In this document: positions 8,753-18,132 of the stretch, one piece after another
Layout of the letters: every line of letters starts with the position of its first letter
Position numbering within the stretch: position 1 is the stretch's first letter
Source: a virus
Lineage: Duplodnaviria; Caudoviricetes
DNA: 35,090 nt
Reading direction: 5' to 3' (one strand)
Virus record (IMG/VR): IMGVR_UViG_3300025066_000080
Span: 1 to 35,090 of that record
The notes under the pieces: generated by a model
The model's input: the letters and a program-made list of their open reading frames with translations, nothing else
Told to the model about the DNA's origin: nothing
Database searches by the model: none
Made by a program: the position numbers and the translations under genes

Positions 8753-9615
8753 GAATAGTTTATATAGGAAATTTTGATTATATGTGGGACGAGGAGCATG
8801 TTGCTAGATGTTTTGAGAAATTAGGACACGAGGTAATGAGAGTTCCTGAGAAAAAACCCATGAGGGTTATAGTACCTGCTATACTAGAATTTAAACCTGA
8901 TTTTGTATTGTGGGCTAAATTGAGAGTTGGTAGACCAAGTGAGATAATCAGAATTTGTAAAGAGAACAATATAAAAACAGTCTGCTGGATATGGGATTTG
9001 TATTTTGGTTATCAGAGAGAACATCAGATTAAGAACAATAATATGTTCAAGGCTGATCTGGTTTTTACCTCTGATGATGGGCATGAAGAAGACTGGAAGG
9101 AACATGGAATTGCACATAAGTGTATTAGACAGGGAATCTACGATGAAGAAGCTGTCTTACTACCCACAGAAGAAAAAGAACATGATGTTGTCTTTGTTGG
9201 ATCTGAAAATCCCTTGAATGAAGACAGAACAAAACTCTTTAAAGACTTTGATTTTAAGTGGTTTGGAAAGAAAGATACTAATGAAGTTAGAGGAATGAGA
9301 CTGAATGAATTATATACTAAGACAAAGATAGTAATTGGAGATTCGGTGTATTCTCCGCACTATTGGAGTAATAGGGTTGTTGAAACGCTTGGTCGGGGTG
9401 GTTTTTTGATTCATCAGGAAGTAGAGGGGCTTAAAGAAGCCTATCCTCACCTTGTTACGTACAAGAGGGGAGATTATAAAGACTTAAAAGAAAAAATAGC
9501 GTATTATTTAGGTAATGATAAGGAGCGAGAAGAGATTATAAAAAAGAATTATGAGTGGGTGCTAGACAATCACTTGTGTTCACTTAAATGTAAAGAATTA
9601 TGCAAAAACCTGTAA
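8749..9615 (+). CDS. Glycosyltransferase, GT-B fold (CgeB / Glyco_trans_1_2-like)
   Basis: DVVFVGS, LY.KTKIVIG, YWSNRVVETLGRGGFLI, L.EKI.YYL....RE.I...HL. Confidence 0.85.
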   Translation: MRIVYIGNFDYMWDEEHVARCFEKLGHEVMRVPEKKPMRVIVPAILEFKPDFVLWAKLRVGRPSEIIRICKENNIKTVCWIWDLYFGYQREHQIKNNNMFKADLVFTSDDGHEEDWKEHGIAHKCIRQGIYDEEAVLLPTEEKEHDVVFVGSENPLNEDRTKLFKDFDFKWFGKKDTNEVRGMRLNELYTKTKIVIGDSVYSPHYWSNRVVETLGRGGFLIHQEVEGLKEAYPHLVTYKRGDYKDLKEKIAYYLGNDKEREEIIKKNYEWVLDNHLCSLKCKELCKNL

Positions 9616-10073
9616 ACAAAGAAGAGTTTTGGAGAGAAAGATTAAACAATTCAGCTAAACTAGAGCATTCTGTATATATTACAAGTGAGAAGGACTGGAA
9701 TTTCATTAATAAAACCCATCTAGAGTTGTTAATGCCATATCAGTACAAGAAAGTTCTAGATGCTGGTTGTGGTTATGGTAGATGGTCTGAACTCTTTTCT
9801 GATTACACTGGAACAGACTTCTCATCAGACTTTATTAATAAAGCTATCGAGTTACACCCAGACAAAAAGTTCGTTAAGGCAAACATGAAAAAATTGCCAT
9901 TTAAAGATGATGAGTTTGATTTGTCATTCTGTGTATCTATTAAAGATATGATAGTAGACAATCTTGGAGAAGTAGAGTGGGCTAAGATGTTTGAAGAACT
10001 GAAGCGAGTATCAAAAAAAGTCATGATATTGGAGTACACTAACCCAGATGAATATGAAGTTCATATTAAATAA
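9600..10073 (+). CDS. Class I SAM-dependent methyltransferase
   Basis: VLDAGCGYG, GTDFS, LPFKDDEFDL, ELKRV motifs. Confidence 0.9.
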   Translation: MQKPVNKEEFWRERLNNSAKLEHSVYITSEKDWNFINKTHLELLMPYQYKKVLDAGCGYGRWSELFSDYTGTDFSSDFINKAIELHPDKKFVKANMKKLPFKDDEFDLSFCVSIKDMIVDNLGEVEWAKMFEELKRVSKKVMILEYTNPDEYEVHIK

Positions 10074-10332
10074 AAAAGACTATCTTGAGTACAGAAAGGG
10101 CATGAATAATACTGTGGAGATTTTAGATATCGCAGTTTATTCTGAAAGAAATAAAGGTACAGGAACTAATCTATTAAAGATGTTGGAGAATGAGGATCTT
10201 GGACACATCTATGCCTTCACCAGAGAGAGTAATGAATTGGCACAAGGATTCTACAAGAAGAATGGTTTTAGGGGAACTCTACTACCTAATTTCTATCCAG
10301 ATGAGAGTGCAATTGTATATATAAAATCATGA
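10048..10332 (+). CDS. GNAT-family acetyltransferase (minimal)
   Basis: IAV...RNKGTGT.LL acetyl-CoA motif A and N..AQGFYKKNGF motif B. Confidence 0.85.
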   Translation: MNMKFILNKKDYLEYRKGMNNTVEILDIAVYSERNKGTGTNLLKMLENEDLGHIYAFTRESNELAQGFYKKNGFRGTLLPNFYPDESAIVYIKS

Positions 10333-11240
10333 CAGGTTCAATAGTATTAGCAACAGAACAAGGGTTGGGGTATCTAGCAAAAGCCTTCTATGATAACGGA
10401 ATTATAGACAAAATCGCCATTCACCCTCACTCTACAAGGAAAAGTCATACAGAATGGTATCCAGACGCAGTGAGTGTGTCTGAATTACTTGAGTGTGACA
10501 CTATTTTGTTCTTTGAAACACCTTTTGATCTAGATTTTATGAAGGAAGCAAAAGCAAAGGGTATTAAGATTGTCTTCATGCCAATGTATGAATGTTCTAA
10601 TCCTAGGATAGTAGAAATGGCGGATGTAATCATTAATCCATCAGACTTAGACCAAGAGTATTATCCTGATGGTATCAGACTGAATGTTCCTGTTGATGTT
10701 AAGTGGCGAAAACGCTCCGTAGCAAAGGTTTTTGTGCATAATGCAGGTAATGGTGGATTAGGTGGTAGAAATGGCACTACGGAGCTTCTGAAGGCAATGA
10801 AGCATGTAAAATCCCCTATCAAACTAATTGTTAGAAGCCAAATGCCCATTAAACAGATAGATGACCCAAGAATCGAATATAGGATAGGGCAGTTTGATGA
10901 TATTTGGGCAGAAGGAGATGTCTTTGTTTTTCCAGAGAAGTTTAATGGTTTATCACTTCCAGCACAGGAAGCATATGCAAGTGGAATGGTCGTGATGTCT
11001 GGAGATCGCTTTCCCATGAACACTTGGCTACCGAAAGAACACCTAATACCAGTTAAAGGGACGACAAAAGAGAGATTAGCTGTACTAATTGATGTAGCAG
11101 AGTTTTCCCCAGTTGATATCGCAAAGAGTATTGATAATATTTATGGCAAGAGTATAATAATAACATCAGAACAAGGAAGAGAGTGGGCAGAGCAGAACTC
11201 ATGGGAAGTATTAGCACCTAAATATAAAGAATTATTATGA
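10329..11240 (+). CDS. Glycosyltransferase, GT-B fold (GT4-like)
   Basis: DVFVFPEKFNGLSLPAQEAYASGMVV (variant EX7E motif); C-terminal SW.....Y. Confidence 0.85.
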   Translation: MTGSIVLATEQGLGYLAKAFYDNGIIDKIAIHPHSTRKSHTEWYPDAVSVSELLECDTILFFETPFDLDFMKEAKAKGIKIVFMPMYECSNPRIVEMADVIINPSDLDQEYYPDGIRLNVPVDVKWRKRSVAKVFVHNAGNGGLGGRNGTTELLKAMKHVKSPIKLIVRSQMPIKQIDDPRIEYRIGQFDDIWAEGDVFVFPEKFNGLSLPAQEAYASGMVVMSGDRFPMNTWLPKEHLIPVKGTTKERLAVLIDVAEFSPVDIAKSIDNIYGKSIIITSEQGREWAEQNSWEVLAPKYKELL

Positions 11241-12223
11241 AAACAGCACTGATCACTGGTTTGACTGGACAAGACGGAAGTTATTTAGCAGAACTCTTGA
11301 TTGAAAAGGGCTATGAAGTTCATGGAATTGTTAGAAGGGCTTCAACCTTTAATAGAGAGAGAATAGACCATTTAGATATACAGCAAAACCTTCATTATGG
11401 AGACATGACTGACTTTGCTTCCTTGATTAAGATAATTACAGAGGTTCAGCCAGATGAGATCTATAATCTAGCTGCACAATCTCATGTAGCTGTTTCTTTT
11501 GATACACCACAATATACAGGACAAGTTGACGCAATAGGAACTCTTAATTTACTGGAGGCGGTACGTATTGTTGATAAGAACATTAAGATATACCAAGCTT
11601 CTACATCAGAAATGTTTGCTGGGAATGTTGAGGACTGTCCATACAATGAGGATAGTAAGTTTAGTCCCAAGAGTCCTTATGGAGTGGCTAAGTTGTATTC
11701 ATATGAGTTGTGCAGAATCTATAAAGAGAGTTACGGGATGTTTATCGCTAGTGGAATCTTATTTAATCACGAATCAGAGAGGCGAGGTGAGAACTTTGTA
11801 ACCAGAAAGATTACAAAAGGAATCGCAGACATTCTTCATGGAAAAACCACTACTATTAAACTTGGTAATATCACAGCAGAGAGGGATTGGGGACACGCCA
11901 AAGACTACGTGAAAGCAATGTGGTTAATGCTTCAGCAACCTGAACCAAAGAACTATGTAATCGCCACAGGTGAGAGTTATTCTGTCATTGATTTCGTTAG
12001 AAAAGCTTTCAACATTGCGAACAGGTTGTATGGGTCAGATCTATCAGTTGAAAAACATATCGAGAGTGATAGTGAGTTTATGCGACCCAATGAGGTTCAA
12101 ACACTTCTGGGAGATAGTTCAAGGGCAAGAGATGAACTGGATTGGCAACCAGAGATAGATTTTGAGAGATTAATAACTTTAATGGTTAAAAATGACTATG
12201 AAAATACCAGTAAGCAAGCCTAG
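11237..12223 (+). CDS. gmd: GDP-mannose 4,6-dehydratase
   Basis: ALITGLTGQDGSYLAE, YNLAAQSHV, YQASTSE, SPYGVAK, LFNHES.RRG..FVTRKI, RDWGHAKDYV. Confidence 0.97.
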   Translation: MKTALITGLTGQDGSYLAELLIEKGYEVHGIVRRASTFNRERIDHLDIQQNLHYGDMTDFASLIKIITEVQPDEIYNLAAQSHVAVSFDTPQYTGQVDAIGTLNLLEAVRIVDKNIKIYQASTSEMFAGNVEDCPYNEDSKFSPKSPYGVAKLYSYELCRIYKESYGMFIASGILFNHESERRGENFVTRKITKGIADILHGKTTTIKLGNITAERDWGHAKDYVKAMWLMLQQPEPKNYVIATGESYSVIDFVRKAFNIANRLYGSDLSVEKHIESDSEFMRPNEVQTLLGDSSRARDELDWQPEIDFERLITLMVKNDYENTSKQA

Positions 12224-13247
12224 TTTAACAGGCAACGAGGCAAAATATGTAAATGAAACTATTATAACTAACTGGATCTCCAGTAAGGGTGAGTTTGTTG
12301 ATGAATTTGAGAGAGAGTGGGCTAAATATAACAAAGTTAAATATGGAGTAGCTTGTTCGTCTGGAACTTCAGCACTTGTACTCGCATTAAAAGCCTGTGG
12401 TGTAAAAGAAGGAGACGAGGTTATCGTCCCTGAGTTTACGATGGTTGCAACTGCTTGGGCGGTTACTTATGTTGGAGCAAAACCCGTATTTGTTGATTGC
12501 GATGATACTCTAAATATAAATCCTGATTTAATTAAAGATAAGATAACAAACAAGACTAAAGCCATTATCCCCGTATCAATCTATGGTAGAAAATATAGCA
12601 GGAAGGTATTAAAGGTTATTAGGGAGCATAGGAAAAAGATTTGGGTGATTGAGGATCTTGCCGAGGCACACGGAACAAAGGTTCGTGGGGATATTGCCTG
12701 TTATTCATTGTTTGGGAATAAGATAATCACCTCTGGAGAAGGTGGAATCTGCCTAACTAATGACAAGAAACTAGCAGAGCTTATGAAATGGTATGGAGCT
12801 ATGTGTTTTAATGAAAGCCACACTTTTATCCACCCAGATATAGGATACAATTTTAGAATGACCGCCATGCAAGGTGCGGTAGCTCTGGCACAGGTTGAAA
12901 GATTTGATGAGATTATAGAAAAGCGAAAGCAGATAGAGAAATGGTATAACGCTAACTTGCCAAGAAAGGTTAAGATGCCCAAAAGAGATGTACTGTGGAT
13001 GTATGATATTAATGTTGGAAAAAAACAGGGTATGGTCACCAAGCTTTTGAAGGAGAGAGGTATTGAAACAAGACACTTCTTTAAACCTATGAGCCAACAG
13101 CCTATGTATAATTATAAGAATTACAGGTACACAAATGCCTTCAAATGGGCTTATCAAGGAATATATTTACCTACATATACAGATATGACAGAAGAAGATG
13201 TGATATTTGTTTGCGATAACCTGAAAGAGGTACTTGCTATGGTATAA
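12192..13247 (+). CDS. DegT/DnrJ/EryC1/StrS PLP aminotransferase, GDP-perosamine synthase-like (start probably 12198)
   Basis: WISS.G.FV, SSGTSAL, IEDLAEAHG, SLFGNKIITSGEGG, GYNFRMT, LPT; adjacent to gmd as per/rfbE usually is. Confidence 0.9.
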   Translation: MTMKIPVSKPSLTGNEAKYVNETIITNWISSKGEFVDEFEREWAKYNKVKYGVACSSGTSALVLALKACGVKEGDEVIVPEFTMVATAWAVTYVGAKPVFVDCDDTLNINPDLIKDKITNKTKAIIPVSIYGRKYSRKVLKVIREHRKKIWVIEDLAEAHGTKVRGDIACYSLFGNKIITSGEGGICLTNDKKLAELMKWYGAMCFNESHTFIHPDIGYNFRMTAMQGAVALAQVERFDEIIEKRKQIEKWYNANLPRKVKMPKRDVLWMYDINVGKKQGMVTKLLKERGIETRHFFKPMSQQPMYNYKNYRYTNAFKWAYQGIYLPTYTDMTEEDVIFVCDNLKEVLAMV

Positions 13248-13250
13248 TAA

Positions 13251-13970
13251 ATGTATATGCAATATAATGGACACGCAACGAATCAAGACCTAGTTACATT
13301 ATCAAATAAACTGTCTAAACAGAATGATGTATCTTTCCCTTTGGTTGAGAAGACTCTATATGCCAACATGGGTGAGAGAGAGATTATGTCAGCTATTCAT
13401 GAAGTTTATGGAGGCTGGAAATATGATGATAAGAACCAGACTGATTTACCAGAAGCAACAGCAGATCTAGTATCAGGACAGGATACATACACTCTACCTG
13501 TCGATGCCTCCTTTGTTGATGGTGTTTACTACCAAAATGAGAACAATAGTACTTGGAATAAAGTATTGCCACTTGCTAAAGAACAACTAAATAATGAGCA
13601 AGACTTTATGACTACTGACGGTCCACCTGCTTACTACAGACCTGTTGGAGATACAATCAAATTGTATCCAGCTTCTAATTTTAGTAAAGATGACGCTCTA
13701 AAGGTTCAATACTCACGAGATATTGTTGGATTTACTACAGCAAGTACAACAACAACACCAGCCTTTGATTCTCAGTTCCATGAGGCTGTTGCTGTGTATA
13801 TGGCTTATATGGTTAGTGCTGCAAATTCATTAAAAAGTGAGAAAATGCTTACTGTTAAGTGGGAAAAGGCACTTGAGATGATCAGACGACATTATCAGAT
13901 GAAGTTTAAAGAGATGTTCCCTACTCGTATTAAAGTAAATACTGCGACACCGATTGAAGAATATCTATAA
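13251..13970 (+). CDS. Putative head-to-tail adaptor (likely start 13257)
   Basis: LVSGQDTYTLP.D, G.P.YY, I.LYP, P.FD.QFHE pattern typical of podovirus adaptor proteins. Extended -10 at 13240-13248. Confidence 0.6.
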   Translation: MYMQYNGHATNQDLVTLSNKLSKQNDVSFPLVEKTLYANMGEREIMSAIHEVYGGWKYDDKNQTDLPEATADLVSGQDTYTLPVDASFVDGVYYQNENNSTWNKVLPLAKEQLNNEQDFMTTDGPPAYYRPVGDTIKLYPASNFSKDDALKVQYSRDIVGFTTASTTTTPAFDSQFHEAVAVYMAYMVSAANSLKSEKMLTVKWEKALEMIRRHYQMKFKEMFPTRIKVNTATPIEEYL

Positions 13971-13983
13971 TATATAAAAAACT

Positions 13984-14418
13984 ATGGCAACTTTCACAAA
14001 AGTAAATGATTTCGTAGAGGCACTAGCTGAGAAGAAGCATGATTTGGGTTCAGATACCTTAACTATCGCTCTTTCTAATACTGCACCAGCTTCAGAATCA
14101 TCAGACCCAACAGCAGACGGGAATGGTGTACTAGCAAATGTAACAGAAATATCTTATACAAACTGCTCTACAAGAGTGATAACAACAACCAGTTCTGCAC
14201 AAACATCAGGGACTTATAAACTGGTCCTTACAGACTTAGTGTTAACAGCAACAGGTGGAGCTATCGCAGACTTTAGATATATCTACATCTACAATGATAC
14301 AGCCACTAATGATGAGTTGGTTGGTGTATATGATTATGGTAGTACTGTTACAGTCTCAGAGGATGCAACATTTACAATAGACTTTGACGCTTCTAATGGG
14401 CTATTAACACTAGCTTAA
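13984..14418 (+). CDS. Virion structural protein
   Basis: Thr/Ala-rich beta protein (FRYIYIYNDT...L...DYG...F.IDF) of a type common in tail modules. Confidence 0.6.
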   Translation: MATFTKVNDFVEALAEKKHDLGSDTLTIALSNTAPASESSDPTADGNGVLANVTEISYTNCSTRVITTTSSAQTSGTYKLVLTDLVLTATGGAIADFRYIYIYNDTATNDELVGVYDYGSTVTVSEDATFTIDFDASNGLLTLA

Positions 14419-14431
14419 CCTAAATATAACT

Positions 14432-16069
14432 ATGGCTAATACTTACTCACTAGACCTTGAAGCCAGTTCAAGCCAATATGCTTCTATAACTGACGCTAGT
14501 CAGACTGGTTTAGATTTGTCTGGCGATTTTACTATAGAGGCTTGGGTAAAAATGGAAACAAACACAGGTAATATGGTTATTGCTTCTAAAACAGACTCAG
14601 CTTCTGACAGGTCTTATACGTTCAGATTAGCGTCTGGTAAATTGCAGTGTGAAGTTTATGGTGATGGGACAACCTCTAATCGGAGAGTATTGGAGTCAAA
14701 CAATACGGTAGCCACTGTTGGTGTGTGGACACACTTGGCAGTTTCTTTTGATTTATCAGCAGGAACATTTGTCCTGTATGAAGATGGTCTATCAATTTCG
14801 GGGACAACAAACGATGCAGGAACAGTTGCAAGTATCTATGATAGTGGGAGTGCTTTTGTTGTCGGGGCTGATGATGGAACACCGTCTCAATTTTTGGATG
14901 GTCTTATAGACGAAGTTAGGGTGTGGGACGATATTCGTACAGCATCAGAGATCCAAGACAACATCGGAGTAGAACTAAACGGAGATGAAGCTAACCTACA
15001 AGGTTACTGGAAACTAAATAACGATTACACAGATGAAACTAGCAATGGGAATGATTTAACTGCTAGTGGTTCTCCTGTGTTCTCAACCGATATAGCTTTC
15101 TCTGGTGAGCTAATTAATGTTAAAGATGACTCTACGCTGGCAACTAACCTTGTATCATACTGGGAGCTAGAGGAGGTTTCAGGAACTCGCACTGACTCTC
15201 ATGGTTCGAATGATTTAACAGATAATAATACTGTTGGAACGGCTACAGGGAAGATTGGAGAGGGTGCTGATTTTGAATTAGGCAACTCGGAGTATCTTTC
15301 TATTACTGAGGCTTCTCAGTCTGGTCTAGACCTTACGGGCGACCACTCGTTTGCATTTTGGTATAATCCAGAAACTTTATTGTCGTCTGGAACTCAGACT
15401 TTCATAGACAAGTGGTTGGGTTCTGGTAATCAAAGGGCTTATTTGTATAGGTTAGATAATACATCTAATGATGGGGTTGGATATCAGCTTTCTAGTACTG
15501 GTTCTGTTGAATCGTCTGGTTCACTAGATCTTGGAACAACTCTGTCTACAGGAACTTTCTATCACATTGCCATTACATATAATACTGGTGGTGTAGTAAC
15601 AGCGTACCTAAATGGTGTGAAGGTTGACGAGGATACTGGAGTGGCTACGAGCATCTTTAATTCATCCTCCGATGTATATATTGGATCTGATACTGGTACA
15701 GGGTCGTACATGGATGGTGTATTAGATGAGACTGGGGTTTGGAGCAGAACTCTTACAGCAGGAGAAGTATCTAATCTATATAATAGTGGTTCAGGATTGT
15801 CATATTCAAGCACTAATAAGACACTAACAGCCAGTGTTGGTACTTTCTTATTAACTGGAAAAGATACACTATTCACAATAGTAGCGGGTACGCTAGTAGC
15901 AACTGTGGGTGAATTTGTCCTAACAGGTATGAATGCTCTATTTTCATCTACAGGCTGGACTAATAAGTCTAAACCGAGTACAGATTGGACAGATAAGTCC
16001 AAAAATTCAACAGATTGGACAGATACAAGTAAAAATTCAACAGATTGGACTAACACAACAAAGACATAA
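14432..16069 (+). CDS. Tail/decoration protein with two LamG (concanavalin-like) domains and C-terminal 10-aa repeats
   Basis: FTIEAWVK..WTHLAV..G.IDEVRVW and LVSYW.L..YHIAITY..G.LDE.GVWSR.L motifs. Confidence 0.8.
   Translation: MANTYSLDLEASSSQYASITDASQTGLDLSGDFTIEAWVKMETNTGNMVIASKTDSASDRSYTFRLASGKLQCEVYGDGTTSNRRVLESNNTVATVGVWTHLAVSFDLSAGTFVLYEDGLSISGTTNDAGTVASIYDSGSAFVVGADDGTPSQFLDGLIDEVRVWDDIRTASEIQDNIGVELNGDEANLQGYWKLNNDYTDETSNGNDLTASGSPVFSTDIAFSGELINVKDDSTLATNLVSYWELEEVSGTRTDSHGSNDLTDNNTVGTATGKIGEGADFELGNSEYLSITEASQSGLDLTGDHSFAFWYNPETLLSSGTQTFIDKWLGSGNQRAYLYRLDNTSNDGVGYQLSSTGSVESSGSLDLGTTLSTGTFYHIAITYNTGGVVTAYLNGVKVDEDTGVATSIFNSSSDVYIGSDTGTGSYMDGVLDETGVWSRTLTAGEVSNLYNSGSGLSYSSTNKTLTASVGTFLLTGKDTLFTIVAGTLVATVGEFVLTGMNALFSSTGWTNKSKPSTDWTDKSKNSTDWTDTSKNSTDWTNTTKT
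15956..16066 (+). repeat. Coding tandem repeat, 30-nt period, ~3.7 copies (WT[ND]xSKxSTD)
   Basis: acagattggac recurs every 30 nt; protein reads WTNKSKPSTD WTDKSKNSTD WTDTSKNSTD WTNTTKT. Confidence 0.9.
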
Positions 16070-16084
16070 TGATATAATAAAGAC

Positions 16085-16276
16085 ATGAATCCAGAAAAAC
16101 AAATTGAAGAACTAGAAATAAGGGTCAAGAAATTGGAAAACATTCTATATGGTATTGCTAATGATGTAAGAACTCAGGCGATGATCAGAGATGCTGTTAT
16201 TCTGGGAGAACATACGGCAGATAAACCGACTATTATTAATAAAAATGGAAAGAAGTATAACCTACAAATCGTATGA
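16085..16276 (+). CDS. Hypothetical protein (leaderless)
   Basis: 63 aa; TGATATAAT lies 6 nt before the ATG; overlaps the next start. Confidence 0.65.
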   Translation: MNPEKQIEELEIRVKKLENILYGIANDVRTQAMIRDAVILGEHTADKPTIINKNGKKYNLQIV

Positions 16277-18114
16277 TAATTGATATCCCACAAAATGCTG
16301 GCATTAAGCAGTTAAATAAAGGAAATTTACGGGGGTCGCTAGATGAGACCTTTAATGTTGATTTATCTGTGAAACAGGGATATTTCTGCCTACCTAATAG
16401 GACAATTAAGGCTTCTAGCAATACTGATGTTACTGAAATGGGTATTTTGAGTGATATTATTTATTATGATGATAGGTATTTCGGAACTTCTGTTGGTCAA
16501 GATGGTGGTACGTATGTCAATGATGCGTACCTTCTAAAAGGTGGAGATGATGTCGGGGCTTCTTGGACAGGACCTTCGTACACTGGTTTAACTGAAAATA
16601 CTGAAGCAGGAATAGCAATATATGGAGGTGATCTTCTATATTTAGCTGATGATATTTTTTCAATTTCTTCGGATACGGACACAACATTTACAACAGAAAG
16701 TACTGCTAATAGTGTTGGTGGTTTAAATACTATATACAAGGGTAGGTTATATTATCTGGCTGGAAATAGAATTGAGTCTCTAATAGATCCAACCACTCCA
16801 GCAACATCAGGATCATATACTTTTCTTATCTCTGCCAACACTCCTTATCAGACAACAAATATTCAGTCTAACAATAATGGAATCTGGATCAGTACAAATA
16901 ATAATGAGGGTGGAAATGCTGTTGTTTACTTATGGGACGGATTAACAGAGGATATTCCAGATGCTACATATAAGATCCCAGATAGTTCTGTAATGGCTAT
17001 GTATATTAAAGATGGGACTCCTCATATTGTTACTGGACGAGGACTCTTAATGGCATTTAATGGGGCTTATTTTGAAGAGGTGGCAAGATTTCCCTTCTTT
17101 AATATCCCCTTATATGGTAGAGACAGAGATGCTGTCGATCTATATGATAGTGTTGGTGGTCGCTGGATTCATCAAAATGGTGTAGCGAATATTGATAATA
17201 AATTACATTTCTTAGTTGCACCTAATTCTGAATCTGTAAACGGAGATGAGATATTCGGAGATTATAAGAAGCTTGCTGGTGTGTGGTGTTATGATCCTGA
17301 GATTGGTCTATATCATCGTTTTGCATTATCGTCTTCAACTGGTGATAATGAGGTTGGTTTACAGGGGCAGATTAAGCAGGTGGGTGCTCTAACAGAGAGT
17401 GCTTCTAATACAACATTATCAGATAATGAGTATGGGAAGTTTATTTGTAGTGCCTCATATTTTACAACTTCTTCAAATGATTCAGAGGAGTATGCTATAT
17501 TTGGTCTATTAGATGAGCCTAATACTGACAGGTTAAATATAGGTTATTTCACAACAACAAGAATATACGCAGAGCAAGTGACAGAAAATTGGAAACACGC
17601 ATTATTAGGATTTGAAAATCTGGACTCTTCTGATGAGATAATCGTTAAGTACAGAAATGTTGAATATGATGCAATAGACACTGATATTACATGGGTTGAT
17701 ACTACGTCATTTACATCAACAGATACTGATTGGGCAACAATAAAAACAAATTTTGACGCTGGTACTAAATACGAAACAAGAATTTTGTATGGAAATGGTG
17801 CTGGTGTTCTGTCTGACATAACAGACATCTCCGAGGCTGGTGGTACATATACTGTTACAGTAGATGAGACTCATACTGGTGTTTCTGTATCAGATACAGC
17901 TAGGGTACGGGTTGAAAACTGGATTAAGGCTGAATCAGTAACATCTAGTGATAATGATAGTAAAAGTCTTAAATCAATACCAATATCATCTTCTGCACAA
18001 TGGATTCAGTATAAAGTGATAATGAAAGGTGTTGCTAATGGAACACAAACATTTAATAATCCCGTAATAAATAGGTTTATCTCTGTCTCTGAACCAGATC
18101 AGACTTTCCTTTAA
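16273..18114 (+). CDS. Putative tail nozzle / DNA-stabilisation protein (beta-propeller-like)
   Basis: 613-aa beta-rich protein just before the ejection proteins; C-terminal WIQYKV strand pattern. Positional call. Confidence 0.5.
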   Translation: MIIDIPQNAGIKQLNKGNLRGSLDETFNVDLSVKQGYFCLPNRTIKASSNTDVTEMGILSDIIYYDDRYFGTSVGQDGGTYVNDAYLLKGGDDVGASWTGPSYTGLTENTEAGIAIYGGDLLYLADDIFSISSDTDTTFTTESTANSVGGLNTIYKGRLYYLAGNRIESLIDPTTPATSGSYTFLISANTPYQTTNIQSNNNGIWISTNNNEGGNAVVYLWDGLTEDIPDATYKIPDSSVMAMYIKDGTPHIVTGRGLLMAFNGAYFEEVARFPFFNIPLYGRDRDAVDLYDSVGGRWIHQNGVANIDNKLHFLVAPNSESVNGDEIFGDYKKLAGVWCYDPEIGLYHRFALSSSTGDNEVGLQGQIKQVGALTESASNTTLSDNEYGKFICSASYFTTSSNDSEEYAIFGLLDEPNTDRLNIGYFTTTRIYAEQVTENWKHALLGFENLDSSDEIIVKYRNVEYDAIDTDITWVDTTSFTSTDTDWATIKTNFDAGTKYETRILYGNGAGVLSDITDISEAGGTYTVTVDETHTGVSVSDTARVRVENWIKAESVTSSDNDSKSLKSIPISSSAQWIQYKVIMKGVANGTQTFNNPVINRFISVSEPDQTFL

Positions 18115-18132
18115 TGGTATAATAAATAACAT

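Noticed and set aside
7925-13247. Host chromosomal O-antigen locus (prophage boundary or chimera)
   Set aside because: Genes overlap seamlessly with phage ORFs, share the same promoter style, lie inside the circular unit, and lack wzx/wzy/manBC.
15956-16066. CRISPR-like array
   Set aside because: 30-nt period with no unique spacers; it is an in-frame coding repeat.
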